This document shows, piece after piece, positions 53,701 to 64,000 of a DNA stretch of 64,000 bases. This stretch comes from Pecten maximus. Its lineage: Eukaryota. The notes beneath the pieces were generated by a model. That model did no database searches and was not told the origin of the DNA. It was given only the letters and a program-made list of their open reading frames with translations. The position numbers and the translations under genes were made by a program. How positions within the stretch are numbered: the first letter of the stretch is position 1; each line of letters starts with the position of its first letter. The DNA is taken from NCBI RefSeq assembly GCF_902652985.1, contig NC_047018.1, positions 24,552,001-24,616,000 of the forward strand, in the 5' to 3' direction.

Positions 53701-56700
53701 GAGATTTCCTGTTATAAGTGTAAGGAAGAGAGCTTCTGTTATGAGTGTAAGGAAGAGAGCTTCTGTTATAAGTGTACGGGAGAGAGACTCCTGTTATAAG
53801 TGCGACAACAAACTTATATACCCTTTTCTGAATATAATGCATTCAGTTCCAGTTCTGAACAGAATCAGATCATCTGGCCCTGAAAATTAGGTAATTAAGA
53901 ATTTTACACCACCATATCAATTGAGTTTTCTTACTTGCAAAAACAGGACTGGGTAATTGATTTGTGCTTGTTCAGAATTTACAAAATTCATGATAATGCT
54001 GAGTTAGACATAGGAATTAGATATTTAATCGTCAGAATTATGGTAGCGTTCCTATGTCTGATTTCTATGATTGTCTATTCTTCAAACTAAGTCAATATTA
54101 CCGGCATCGCAAGCATTCCCTTGCCATCCTTCTTTACATTCTGTTACAGTACAATGTCCAGTTTCTATGTTACATCCGGGTGTTGAACAGTGACACGTAT
54201 GGGCACAGTCCGCTCCAAATGTGCCGGGTCCACACTCTTAGATAGGAAAAAGAAAGCAACTTAATACAATAAAATACAATTAAAGATCAAATTTAACAAA
54301 TTGGATTTAAAACTTACTTCTTACTTCAAAACTTCCACTTTCTGCCGGTTGACTTCTTTTGAACAGAATCATTTTATATAACATTTCACCTGTAGAACAG
54401 GATTGTTCCATCCATCCACTCTGACATCCAGTGACGTCACAGATTCCGTTGTCCGGATCACATCCACCCACATCACAGTGACATGTTATATTACAGGCTG
54501 GTCCAAACATGTTAACTGGACATCCTATAAGAAAGAAAAAGTCAAACTATATTTCAATTTTGTCAGTTCATAACAACAAAATTATATTGAATTTATTTGC
54601 CGTTACATTTATTCATAGCTAAATGAAATAATATTTAATAATAAAGGATTAGTTTGTTTTATGAAAATTAGACATGCACGGCAGTATTTATTTACTGATC
54701 ATCATTGTACGAGGTATTACATCAGATAAAATTATAGTGAACATTTATAATTACCATACACCTGAACCTCACATAATTCCACAATAGCCGATGTGCTCGA
54801 GTAGTACATATGAGATTTAGGTCCATTATCAGCTGGTCGTCTGTTATAGAATATGACGTATCGCCCGTCTACTGTACACGGACGTGATTGGTTAAATGAG
54901 GGGAGGACATCTGGGTCCCTTATATTGTCATGGTAACAAAGATGTCCTGTACTTGGTAGATTGTCCACAGCCGTTATATTGGAAACATAGAGATAAAACC
55001 CAGAAAGTCGGAAGGGATCTGAAATAGTATTATTTGAAGATAAAAGATATTGTATAATAATGTGAAATTGATAAAAGAAATGAGTTTCAATTGTACACAT
55101 TATAATGGATCAGTAAGACTACATAACGTAAACATTGATTTAGTTCTTCTTCATAAGATACTGACATCGAATAAACATTGAAGACTACAGTGATATAAAT
55201 ATGTTTGTCTGTTGCTAAGTATAATATTACACCATGCATAACATATTATATATATTAGAGTATCAAGTTATACAAAATAATTTTGCAATTGTTTTATCCC
55301 CATTCATTATGCTAATGATCTAATCATGGTGGTCTCACTTGACGGACTATAAGAATATTTGAAAGTGTGATATCTGTAAGAAAGAGTCCGTAAATTCATT
55401 TTCAATGATAATAAGTATCCTCTCGTCATATTGATTAGTACTTAAACCATATTAACCAATGTTTGGGACTCAAGAATCTATTAATATTTTCAATTTTTCG
55501 TATTTTTTTTTTATCAAAACGACATTCACAACTTTTATATTATTTCTGAGGTCATAAATGCATCCTACATTAAATTCTTCAAAATCATTATTAAATTCGA
55601 TTTGTTACTAAGATATATTATACTACTATACCAATGTAATTTATCTAATATTGTGTTTTTCTCACATTAAGCGCTTTAATCCGATGATGAACCGGCAAAT
55701 TTGTTAAACTGAGCACGAAATGTAATGTTTGTCTATCCTATGTTTCTATGACAATTACTTACACAGCTCTCTGTATGTGACATTTATAGTCTTTATACGT
55801 GATATGTGTTCAAGGTCAACACGCCACCATGCATCACGTGGTGACCCTGTCGTGATAGTAGAACTACAGCTTCCTGTTCCATGCGGTTCTACGTCTTTCC
55901 CTATGACACCATCTACGACCTTGTTAGCACCCCATCCACCAAATTCAGAACTCTGTGATGCCGGCTTTCCTAATGCGATGTTGTCTATTCCAAAAGAAGG
56001 GAACTAAGCAATCAAATGTACATCAAATACTCATTGATATTGTTCTTGTTGATTAAAACCTTATAATAACCAGAATTTGAAATTATTTTATATATCGTTA
56101 TATCTCAACAACAAAGCCGTCTCAAATTCAAACTACATGACTCTTGTCGTGACGTTGACAAGAAAAAAATCCATGTCAGTAGTAGCATCTAATGCAGCGA
56201 GATGTCGAGATGCGACTTCGTAAACGCATTAAATTATCTCGCTATGTCGTTTTATTATCTCGCTATATGGTATATTTATCTCGCTATGTTGACAAAATTA
56301 TCTCGTTATGTGATGGCAGATCCATGCCAAGCTTTTTAAAGAATCTGGTATGTTTTGGCTAGGGGACACAACCCAAAGCCTTCCTCACAGGGGCGAACGC
56401 TCAACTCAAAGTCAAAAATCAGGCATTGTAAGCAAGACAGTAGGAAAAAGAAAGTTGTCAGGGAAGAAGAGGAAAGATCAGGTCCCAAATTAAGTCGCCT
56501 GTTCATCCGCGTACATCCTTCTTGGACTTTTTAAATATACAATATAATGCAGACGTTCCGGTAGTCATGATTATATAATGGATACCTCGGTATCATTTTT
56601 CTCCGCCAGGTTGCGTTCGTGATATTTTTATGTTCGTAGCAATCATCGATGTTGACAAAATTATCTCGTTATGTGATGGCAGATCCATGCCAAGCTTGAA

Positions 56701-59700
56701 GCAGAGCGATATATTATGATTGCACTAATTACAGTATTAATATACCTATTTCTATCAACATAATGTGGATTCGCTGATTCATCATTTCGCTAATCTGGTA
56801 AAATGTGGAATTTGGTTTGGTTTGGTTTATTATTGTTTACGTCCTATCAACAGCTAATGTCATTTAAGGACGCCCTCCCTTACGTGCGACTTGCATGTGT
56901 GGTGAGTGCGTATGTATGTTTTGGGAGGCTGTGGTATTTTCCCGTTTAGTTTCCTTGTGTAAGTCCTGAACTTTTGCCGATTTACAGAGCTACCTCACTG
57001 AAGCATACTGCCGAAGACATCCAGCAGGACACTCCATCCGGTCACATTATAATAACAACGGACGAACCAGTTCCACTCCAAAAATGCAAAAGTGCTAAGC
57101 AGGAACAGCAACTACCATTTTTAAAGAATCTGGTATGTTTTGGCTAGGGGACACAACCCAAAGCCTTCCTCACAGGGGCGAACGCTCAACTCAAAGTAAA
57201 AAATCAGGCATTGTAAGCAAGACAGTAGGAAAAAGAAAGTTGTCAGGGAAGAAGAGGAAAGATCAGATCCCAAATTAAGTCGCCTGTTCATGTAATGGGG
57301 AAAGCACGTGCAAGTCTTACGCCCTACCTGCATGGCAGGTAAAATGTGGAAATGAGATTTGAGTGCGCCTAGATTAACATATTTACAGTGGTATAATTGA
57401 ATATGATGAATTAAAGTTGATCTAGACCTATCTTCCAGACTGAGTGCAGGTTTACAGATAAACGGACTGAAAGAACTGGCTGTACACAGTCAACGGATAG
57501 TCTCCAGCTAACACGTTTTCATTACTAGCCAGTATCAAGTAATATTAATGCTTTTATAGATACTTGCTATGACAACTATTGCCATACTAGAAAAAGTCTA
57601 AGAGCATCGCTTTTCTGAAAAGTAATGGATATGAGAACTTCACGCATAAGCATAATGATATCCAAGGGTAGTGAACGCCACTCTAATGTATACAGAATTT
57701 TAGCGGTACTGTAGCTAAAGCTGGAATATTCGTGTTCATTCAATATTAAAATGCATTACACTCTTCAATAAATTTCATAAGAAATGAGCTTGATAAACTT
57801 GTTGAATTAGTAATTACTATATCTATATGTTATAGTGAATAATATTTGATGTTGAATACAGTATAGTGGAGTGAATGGATATGGCAGCTCAAATAAAAAG
57901 ATAGGGAGAGGGAGTGTCCACGTAGGTCTTGTCCTTTATAGATACTTCCACTCATAAGAGAAATATATACACCAGGAAAGGTGAGCCTAACATAGTGGTA
58001 TGGAAAAAGGAACAAGAACAGGCTTATCAAGAACTGAAGCAAATACTGATGAAGGAACCAGTTCTGCACTTGCCAGAAAAGAACATTTGTGTTGAGGACT
58101 GATGCATCAAATTGTGGGTTAGGTGCAATTTTGCTGTAGGAATGGGATGTTGAAACATACCCTGTTGCATATGCAAGTAAGAAATTACAATTCTGTCAAC
58201 AAACCTATTCTGTTGTGGAAAAAGAGTGTTTGGCAGTCATCTGGGGAATACAGAAGTTTTCACCTTATCTCTATGGCCGCACATTCGTACTCCAGACTGA
58301 TCATCGGCCCTTAATATATATGAACAAGGCAAAGTTGGTCAATTCCAGAATTATGAGGTGGGCACTCTTTTTGCAGTCATACACGTTCAGAATTGAGGCA
58401 ATTCCAGGACGTGAGAATGTTGGTACAGACTACTTGAGTCGTTTGTATGAAGCTTAGACAATCTGCAGTCTTTAGATGGTATATCAGGTAAGAATTAAGT
58501 CATTAGCGGACTTCAGACAGTAATTACCAGGTGCTTTTTAGATTTAAAAGGATAATTTTAATCTTAGGTTGGGGGTGTTGTCAGGATACTCCTTACTACA
58601 ATGTGTACTATTGAGGTTACTCAACTGTGACAGGTCATATCATACACGTGTAGTACACGTGTTGTCACCCAGGTGAGTTTGCAAAACTGGTTTGGCAAGT
58701 ATAGGGGACTATAGGGTGTCTCAGTCAACTCAGGTAACTCAGGTATAGGGGACTATAGGGTGTCTCAGTCAACCCAAGTAACTCAAGTATAGGGGACTAT
58801 AGGGTGTCTCGGTCAACTCAGGTAACTCATGTATAGGGGACTATAGGGTGTCTCAGTCAACTCGGGTAACTCATGTATAGAGGACTATAGGGTGTCTCGG
58901 TCAACTCAGGTAACTCATGTATAGGGGACTATAGGGTGTCTCAGTCAACCCGGGTAACTCAAGTATAGGGGACTATGTGGTGTCTCTGTCAACTCAGGTA
59001 ACTCATGTATAGAGGACTATAGGATGTCTCGGTCAACTCATGTATAGGGGACTATAGGGTGTCTCAGTCAACTCAGGTAACTCATGTATAGGGGACTATA
59101 GGGTGTCTCAGTCAACTCAGGTAACTGATGTATAGGGGACTATAGGGTGTCTCAGTCAACACAGGTAACTCATGTATAGGGGAATATAGGGTGTCTCAGT
59201 CAACCCGGGTAACTCAAGTATAGGGTACTATAGGGTGTCTCAGTCAACTCAGGTAACTCATGTATAGGGGACTATAGGGTGTCTCAGTCAACTCAGGTAA
59301 CTCAGGTATAGAGGACTATAGGGTGTCTCAGTCAACTCAGGTAGCTCAGGTATATGGGACTATAGGGTGTCTCAGTCAACTCAGGTAACTCATGTATAGG
59401 GGACTATAGGGTGTCTCAGTCAACTCAGGTAACTCATGTATAGGGGACTATAGGGTGTCTCAGTCAACTCAGGTAACTCATGTATAGGGGACTATAGGGT
59501 GTCTCAGTCAACTGGGGTAACTCATGTATAGGGGATTATAGGGTGTCTCAGTCAACTCGGGTAACTCATGTATAGGGGACTATAGGGTGTCTCAGTCAAC
59601 TCAGGTAACTCATGCTAAGCATGCTGTTTCAAGGTATTTTATAAGGAGCCCAAGGTAGGATGGGGTAGTATCAGACGTTCTGTCTTGACGAGGAAGGTTG

Positions 59701-61749
59701 TCTTGGGGCTCGCCTCTACAATGCAAGTGCTGGGAGGCTAGGGCTGTGTGCCTGAAAATCCAACTCATGTATTAGCTGGGTGTTAATGATGACTGTGTGC
59801 CTGTGTACATAATATGCCAAGCTTTTTTTAAGCGTTTTGATTTTGTAAACATCGCAAACAAGTCATATCGCCCCAAAACAACTTATGTCTCGCAGTGTGG
59901 ACATCGTTGAAATTTCCAATTTCTTGGCATTTCCACATGTTATCGAAAAAAGAAAATCTAATGGCCCTAGTTGGATAATATATGCATCTAATAAAAACTT
60001 TAAAAGTTAAAATTCACACTTCCTGACCGCAGTAACTGCAGCCACGTGAAAAATCAATGAAAAGTTAACTATTTTCTATTAATTACGTTCTTGTTTATTT
60101 TCTTCTGTTATTGTGTTATTATTGTTATTTTGGAAGATATTTGACGACAGTAATCAGTCTTGGGACATATAGGTAAGATAATATAGAAACTTTTAAAAAA
60201 TGTCATATTCCACAAGATGGCCGCTTAGCTCCCCCTTAATAAACATTTGAAAATCAGTGCGGAACCCGATTTACGGATAATCATCCGCGTACATCCTTCT
60301 TGGACTTTTTAAATAAACAATATAATGCAGACGTTCCGGTAGTCATGATTATATAATGGATACCTCGGTATCATTTTTCTCCGCCAGGTTGCGTTCGTGA
60401 TATTTTTATGTTCGTAACAATCATCGATAAGGACAAATTCACATTGTACCTATCTCAGTAGCGATAATACCTATGTTGTCTAGTTTACGTGGCGCAATAC
60501 TTCGGTTTAGCACACAAACAAAGTAAAATTGTACATATACATGTATAGATAAACCGTAGTTTCCGTACATGAAAGTTGGAAAGTATATTCATTGTATAGG
60601 ATGCACGCGAACATGCGTGACTTTTCGTATGTTTTTGAATATTATAATATTTTCATATTTTCTGGCACATAATTTTTACTTGTGTTGACTGATAGATGTT
60701 TATACGATCTTTAAGCTTTGAAATCTCTAGTTTATATTACCAGAATTGAGATGAGAATATATTGGTTCGTTTTTGAAATTGAAAAGATCTGCCTTATTTT
60801 ATTATCAGTTAAATTTACAATTACTGAAAGGTGTTTCTGAAAGGCTCACTCTAGAAAACGACATTATTTTAAAGCATGATGATAATGGACTGTTTTCGTA
60901 AGAGATTACCAATTGGACATTTCTTCAGTAAAGTTTAATATAATTCATTCAGATATTTTATTAAGACAAATGTATCTAGGGTATCTATTTTTCTGAATAG
61001 TGTACACGTGTTAAATAGTGGAAACTAATTATAGATGAGTAATGTTCTTAATGGCTTCAAAATGAAGAGAGTCTACATACAATGTATGGTTTGTCGGCTT
61101 GACCATGCATGAAAGTCTTTATTGTATGTCTATATTTCAAAATATCAATTAAAGCATGGGAAACAGTCGTCTTTTTCGTACAAAGGGTTTCAATAAAAAA
61201 AAACCCCTTGATTGATCAATCTGCAGATACCTCAAGCTATCTCATAGACACTCATGCAATACCCCCCCCCCCCCCCCCCCCCCTCCCCCCTCCCCCTTTT
61301 CGGTCGCGCGATGATATGTAAGGGGTTTCCTATACACGTATAAAGGTCACATTCCATTTGTGATATACACGAAGCTTAACTCCAGTTAGATATCAAATCT
61401 CTCTAAAACGTCATCTCAGTGGTCTGACACGAGCCATATATAACAAACACACAATCTATAAACTACACCCAGATATTACTGCTAATGCAAAATAAAACAT
61501 TCTTGTTTTCTTTCTCTTGTTGGGGTATATATTACGGTCGAAATAACTAGATATTCAATGAAACATATTGTACTCAAATATTATTATCCTGTTGATAAAG
61601 ACTGAATTACACTGATTTATATATGAATATATTCATTTTTTAAATGCTGATTACTTACATGACGAATAAACAAATTCAGGAAATACAGCGACACATCCTA
61701 AGATGATGAAATGCAGGATCCCGTGTTCCCCGTGTATGTAAAATTCCAT
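47734..61749 (-). CDS. Gene B: tandem paralog with F-type-lectin-like + six EGF-like ectodomain and short Tyr-motif (ITAM-like) tail; possibly a pseudogene (in-frame TAG in EGF exon 4)
   Basis: Leader 61749-61659; lectin 55984-55763 and 55018-54755; EGF 54524-54390, 54236-54102, 51857-51723, 51511-51377 (TAG at 51410-51408), 50922-50788, 50525-50391; stalk-like exon from 49523; degenerate hydrophobic segment ~48525-48394; basic juxtamembrane exon 48242-48187 (TKRKNLKSEQSDNEMKYQ); last coding exon 47819-47734 (SLNDNNYDELEASKVGQARNVYDTIAR*). No PTP exons occur before gene A's promoter. Confidence 0.72.
48572..49078. mobile_element. ~500-bp interspersed repeat (SINE/retroposon-like)
   Basis: Second diverged copy at 56810-57340 (shared gctacctcactgaagcatactgccgaagaca, cttacgccctacctgca); (tttgg)n tail. 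Confidence 0.7.
49797..50182. mobile_element. Foldback MITE (almost entirely palindromic)
   Basis: tatggtggcatatttctgccatcgagttgccgacttacgac ... gtcgtaagtcggcaactcgatggcagaaatatgccaccata; arms pair over ~170 bp; TA at both ends. Confidence 0.85.
53420..53802. repeat. 27-bp minisatellite (~14 copies), gene B specific
   Basis: Unit gtgtaaggaagagagct(c/t)ctgttataa; only one unit at the paralogous site ~37965-37990. Confidence 0.95.
56810..57340. mobile_element. ~500-bp interspersed repeat, same family as 48572-49078
   Basis: Collinear similarity along the whole length. Confidence 0.7.
57960..58457 (+). mobile_element. Ty3/Gypsy-type LTR retrotransposon pol remnant (RT connection + RNase H)
   Basis: QEQAYQELKQILMKEPVL..VLRTDASNCGLGAIL..PVAYASKKL..YSVVEKECLAVIWGIQKFSPYLYGRTFVLQTDHRPL..RIMRWALFLQSY..PGRENVGTDYLSRL; degenerate upstream (frameshift and stop). 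Confidence 0.9.
58566..59820 (+). mobile_element. Polypurine tract and probable 3' LTR of the same element
   Basis: aggttgggggtg immediately followed by TGT(T)GTCAGG ~110 bp after the pol stop; right boundary uncertain. Confidence 0.5.
58698..59614. repeat. 44-bp tandem array (~21 copies), apparently within an LTR
   Basis: Unit gtataggggactatagggtgtctcagtcaactcaggtaactcat; period 44 (58701, 58745). Confidence 0.95.
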
Positions 61750-64000
61750 GTTGAAGAAAAAACTAAACAAAGTGTCGCTCTCCTCTATGTTCACCCGCTT
61801 TGACACCAGGAAGTTCGTTGGAGGAGATAAAATCGATTGTGTACATATTAGATATGGTAGTATGTGTGTGTTCACTACACTTTATTATGGTGATACAACT
61901 TTTTATCTTAGACATTTGTGACAAGGTAGATGGTCCATTCTAAATGTATTAAAAACATCTAAGTAGATAAGGTATTACATAAGAGAAAGAAAAAAACCAT
62001 CAGTACATGTGTGGGTATGTTTTGTTTATTAATCACATGCGAGACATAGTGATTAGTGTGAGAACTTGGTAGCTTGGTAAGTATCACGGACTTGTATATA
62101 CTTCATTTCATACAGCTAAAATAACTTATACTGCGTATTTCTACAAAAGAGTTCAATGACACAAACTATATATACATAGTCATATTATGTAAGTTTTCCG
62201 GAATATATGCCGTCGCTGTTTTGTATATGAGGTACATATCTTATACTCAGTAGAATGACCCTCCCATTAACTTTCGGTACCATACTTTTATCTTGGTAAT
62301 TTTCAACTACACACATGTATTAATCTTTCAGTCACATACCTTACCTCAGAGGTAGGCCCCTCCACATTCACTGTAAATATTATATATTTTATCAGAATTC
62401 AGCATTTCCCATCAACTCTAAGATAGTGCCTTCATCTCAGAAACAGACCTCCTCTGTAGCTACCGTAACTTAATCTCAGAAATAGCCCTTTTACATTTTA
62501 AGTTACCTTAATGACTTAACCTAAGCATCCTAAAATTACTAATGACCTTTATCTCATAAGAAGGTACGCCGATAAACTGTTAGTACCCTATCTTAACCTC
62601 ATTACTAGGGTTCTTTTATACCTTTATCGAATGAGTGGGTTAGATGAGTAAGTGTTATTGTTATTTTAACCCTAGTAATATGGACCTACATGTACCATTA
62701 ACTGACATAGCTTTATCGTGGGAGTAGGTAGATAATTTTACAATATGTGTACTTAAAGCTTTGCAGCACTTCATTAAATTTGCCTGAGATAAACGTAGTT
62801 TTCTTTATACTTTTAAAATATGTGGCAGCAAAATAAAACATAGTTTGGCCATGTTTTGGTGTTAGTTCTAAGATGAAGGGAATAACAAAACAAAAAATGT
62901 GAACCATAACTAAGTCGTTGGTGTCTCAAATAATACTGAAGCTATCAAAATTATATAATGATTGGTGATAAGCGATCAGAAAACATAACAATCCATATTA
63001 CCTATTGTAACGTTTTGGATATAATTCTAAACTAGTTATAAGGCGAATGCCCTAGTGGAGTTAAGAAATACAATGTTTATAATTTTCGAGTCATATCTTT
63101 ATATCACTCAATGCACAAAGTACAAATACCGTATGGACGTCAAGCAATATAACCACGTGGACGTTTATTTTGAGCTGTTAAGTAGGGTTAAATACAAAAT
63201 AATACATTACAGTATCGTTTTGTCTGATCAGACGAATACAATTGGAATGATGGCATATTATCATGAGTGTCACATGTATAAATTGACTTATCTCCTTTGA
63301 CCTAATAAGCCAAATATAACAATTCAGAGTCCGAAGCTAGAATGACCATCTACTTGTACCTGTAGAGCCTCCGATATTCCGATACATATCCATGATCTAA
63401 TAAATGTATTGATACCGAAATCATAAGAAACAGTACACAGATCACACGAATATTAAAACAGAAAATCATATCAACACATATTTCCTATGGAGTAAGTAAA
63501 AACATAGGAATCCAAGTATCATTTTCTTGTTTACATCCATTTTCATCAAAGAAATAATCTTATATTCACGGTGGCTAGATATATCTTCTTCAACGGAACA
63601 TTGACACTGCTACTTGCTCGACACAAAATGAAATAATAAATAAAACCAAATTGCTTGGCAACCTTAATGTATTTCATTTATTTGTAACTGTTTACATCAA
63701 TAAGATATGTGATATGGCATAATCATAAACTCTTGAAGTAAAGCGATATTGAAAGTTGAAGCCATTAAATAGTCCATGTATGTTCAGTCGTAATGTGTAT
63801 AATAGTTTACAAATAGTTCTTTACACAGTCCAGAAGATTTCAAATAAGCTTTAGACAACAACGACGCAACAATTCAACATTCAATGATAATCAATAGCAA
63901 ATATCTGATGGAAAGTAAGTTTACACAAAAGTAAACAATTAAAAAGAAAATCATGTAGCTGATACAATTCGTAAAACAGAAGCCATGGAATTCATTTCAG
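60735..64000. repeat. Segmental duplication copy 2 (gene B leader exon, promoter and 3' flank of a presumed third paralog)
   Basis: Collinear with 43670-47160 up to the window edge. Confidence 0.93.

Noticed and set aside
53408-53842. 144-aa hydrophobic repeat ORF (LFLTLITEA)n
   Set aside because: 27-bp array in an intron; absent from the paralog.
58698-59614. CRISPR-like appearance of regular repeats (also 903-1307, 22700-23220)
   Set aside because: Units are head-to-tail with no unique spacers, there are no cas genes, and the context is eukaryotic.
43670-64000. A/B duplication as an uncollapsed-haplotype assembly artefact
   Set aside because: The copies differ by independent TE insertions, in-frame indels and entirely different 3' gene halves, which fits true paralogy better, though read depth should confirm it.

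Overview
AT-rich eukaryotic (invertebrate, bivalve-mollusc-like) genomic DNA with intron-rich genes, all on the minus strand. Left to right: (1) the 5' two-thirds of KAT14/CSRP2BP (ATAC complex acetyltransferase), running off the left edge; (2) a galactose-3-O-sulfotransferase-family gene with one large coding exon; (3) gene A (44669->23352), a receptor with signal peptide, F-type-lectin-like domain, six 135-bp EGF-like exons, TM helix and tandem PTP D1/D2 domains; (4) gene B (61749->~47734), a ~17-kb-offset tandem paralog with the same promoter region, leader, lectin and EGF exons, but ending in a short tail with an ITAM-like YDEL-x11-YDTI motif instead of the phosphatase; (5) at the right edge, a copy of gene B's 3' region, implying a third copy beyond the window. 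The best candidate for an undescribed system is this activating/phosphatase 'paired receptor' cluster with divergent lectin loops. Both copies carry apparent lesions that may be real or assembly errors. A second recurring pattern is that three minisatellites, in two unrelated genes, are amplified copies of the exon/5' splice-donor junction. The window also holds Helentron/HINE-like elements with satellite arrays, MITEs, tRNA-SINEs, a FLYWCH/MULE remnant, a Gmr1-like LTR remnant and a microhomology-mediated template-switch mosaic. Exon boundaries were read by hand from GT/AG sites and frame continuity; no database searches were run.
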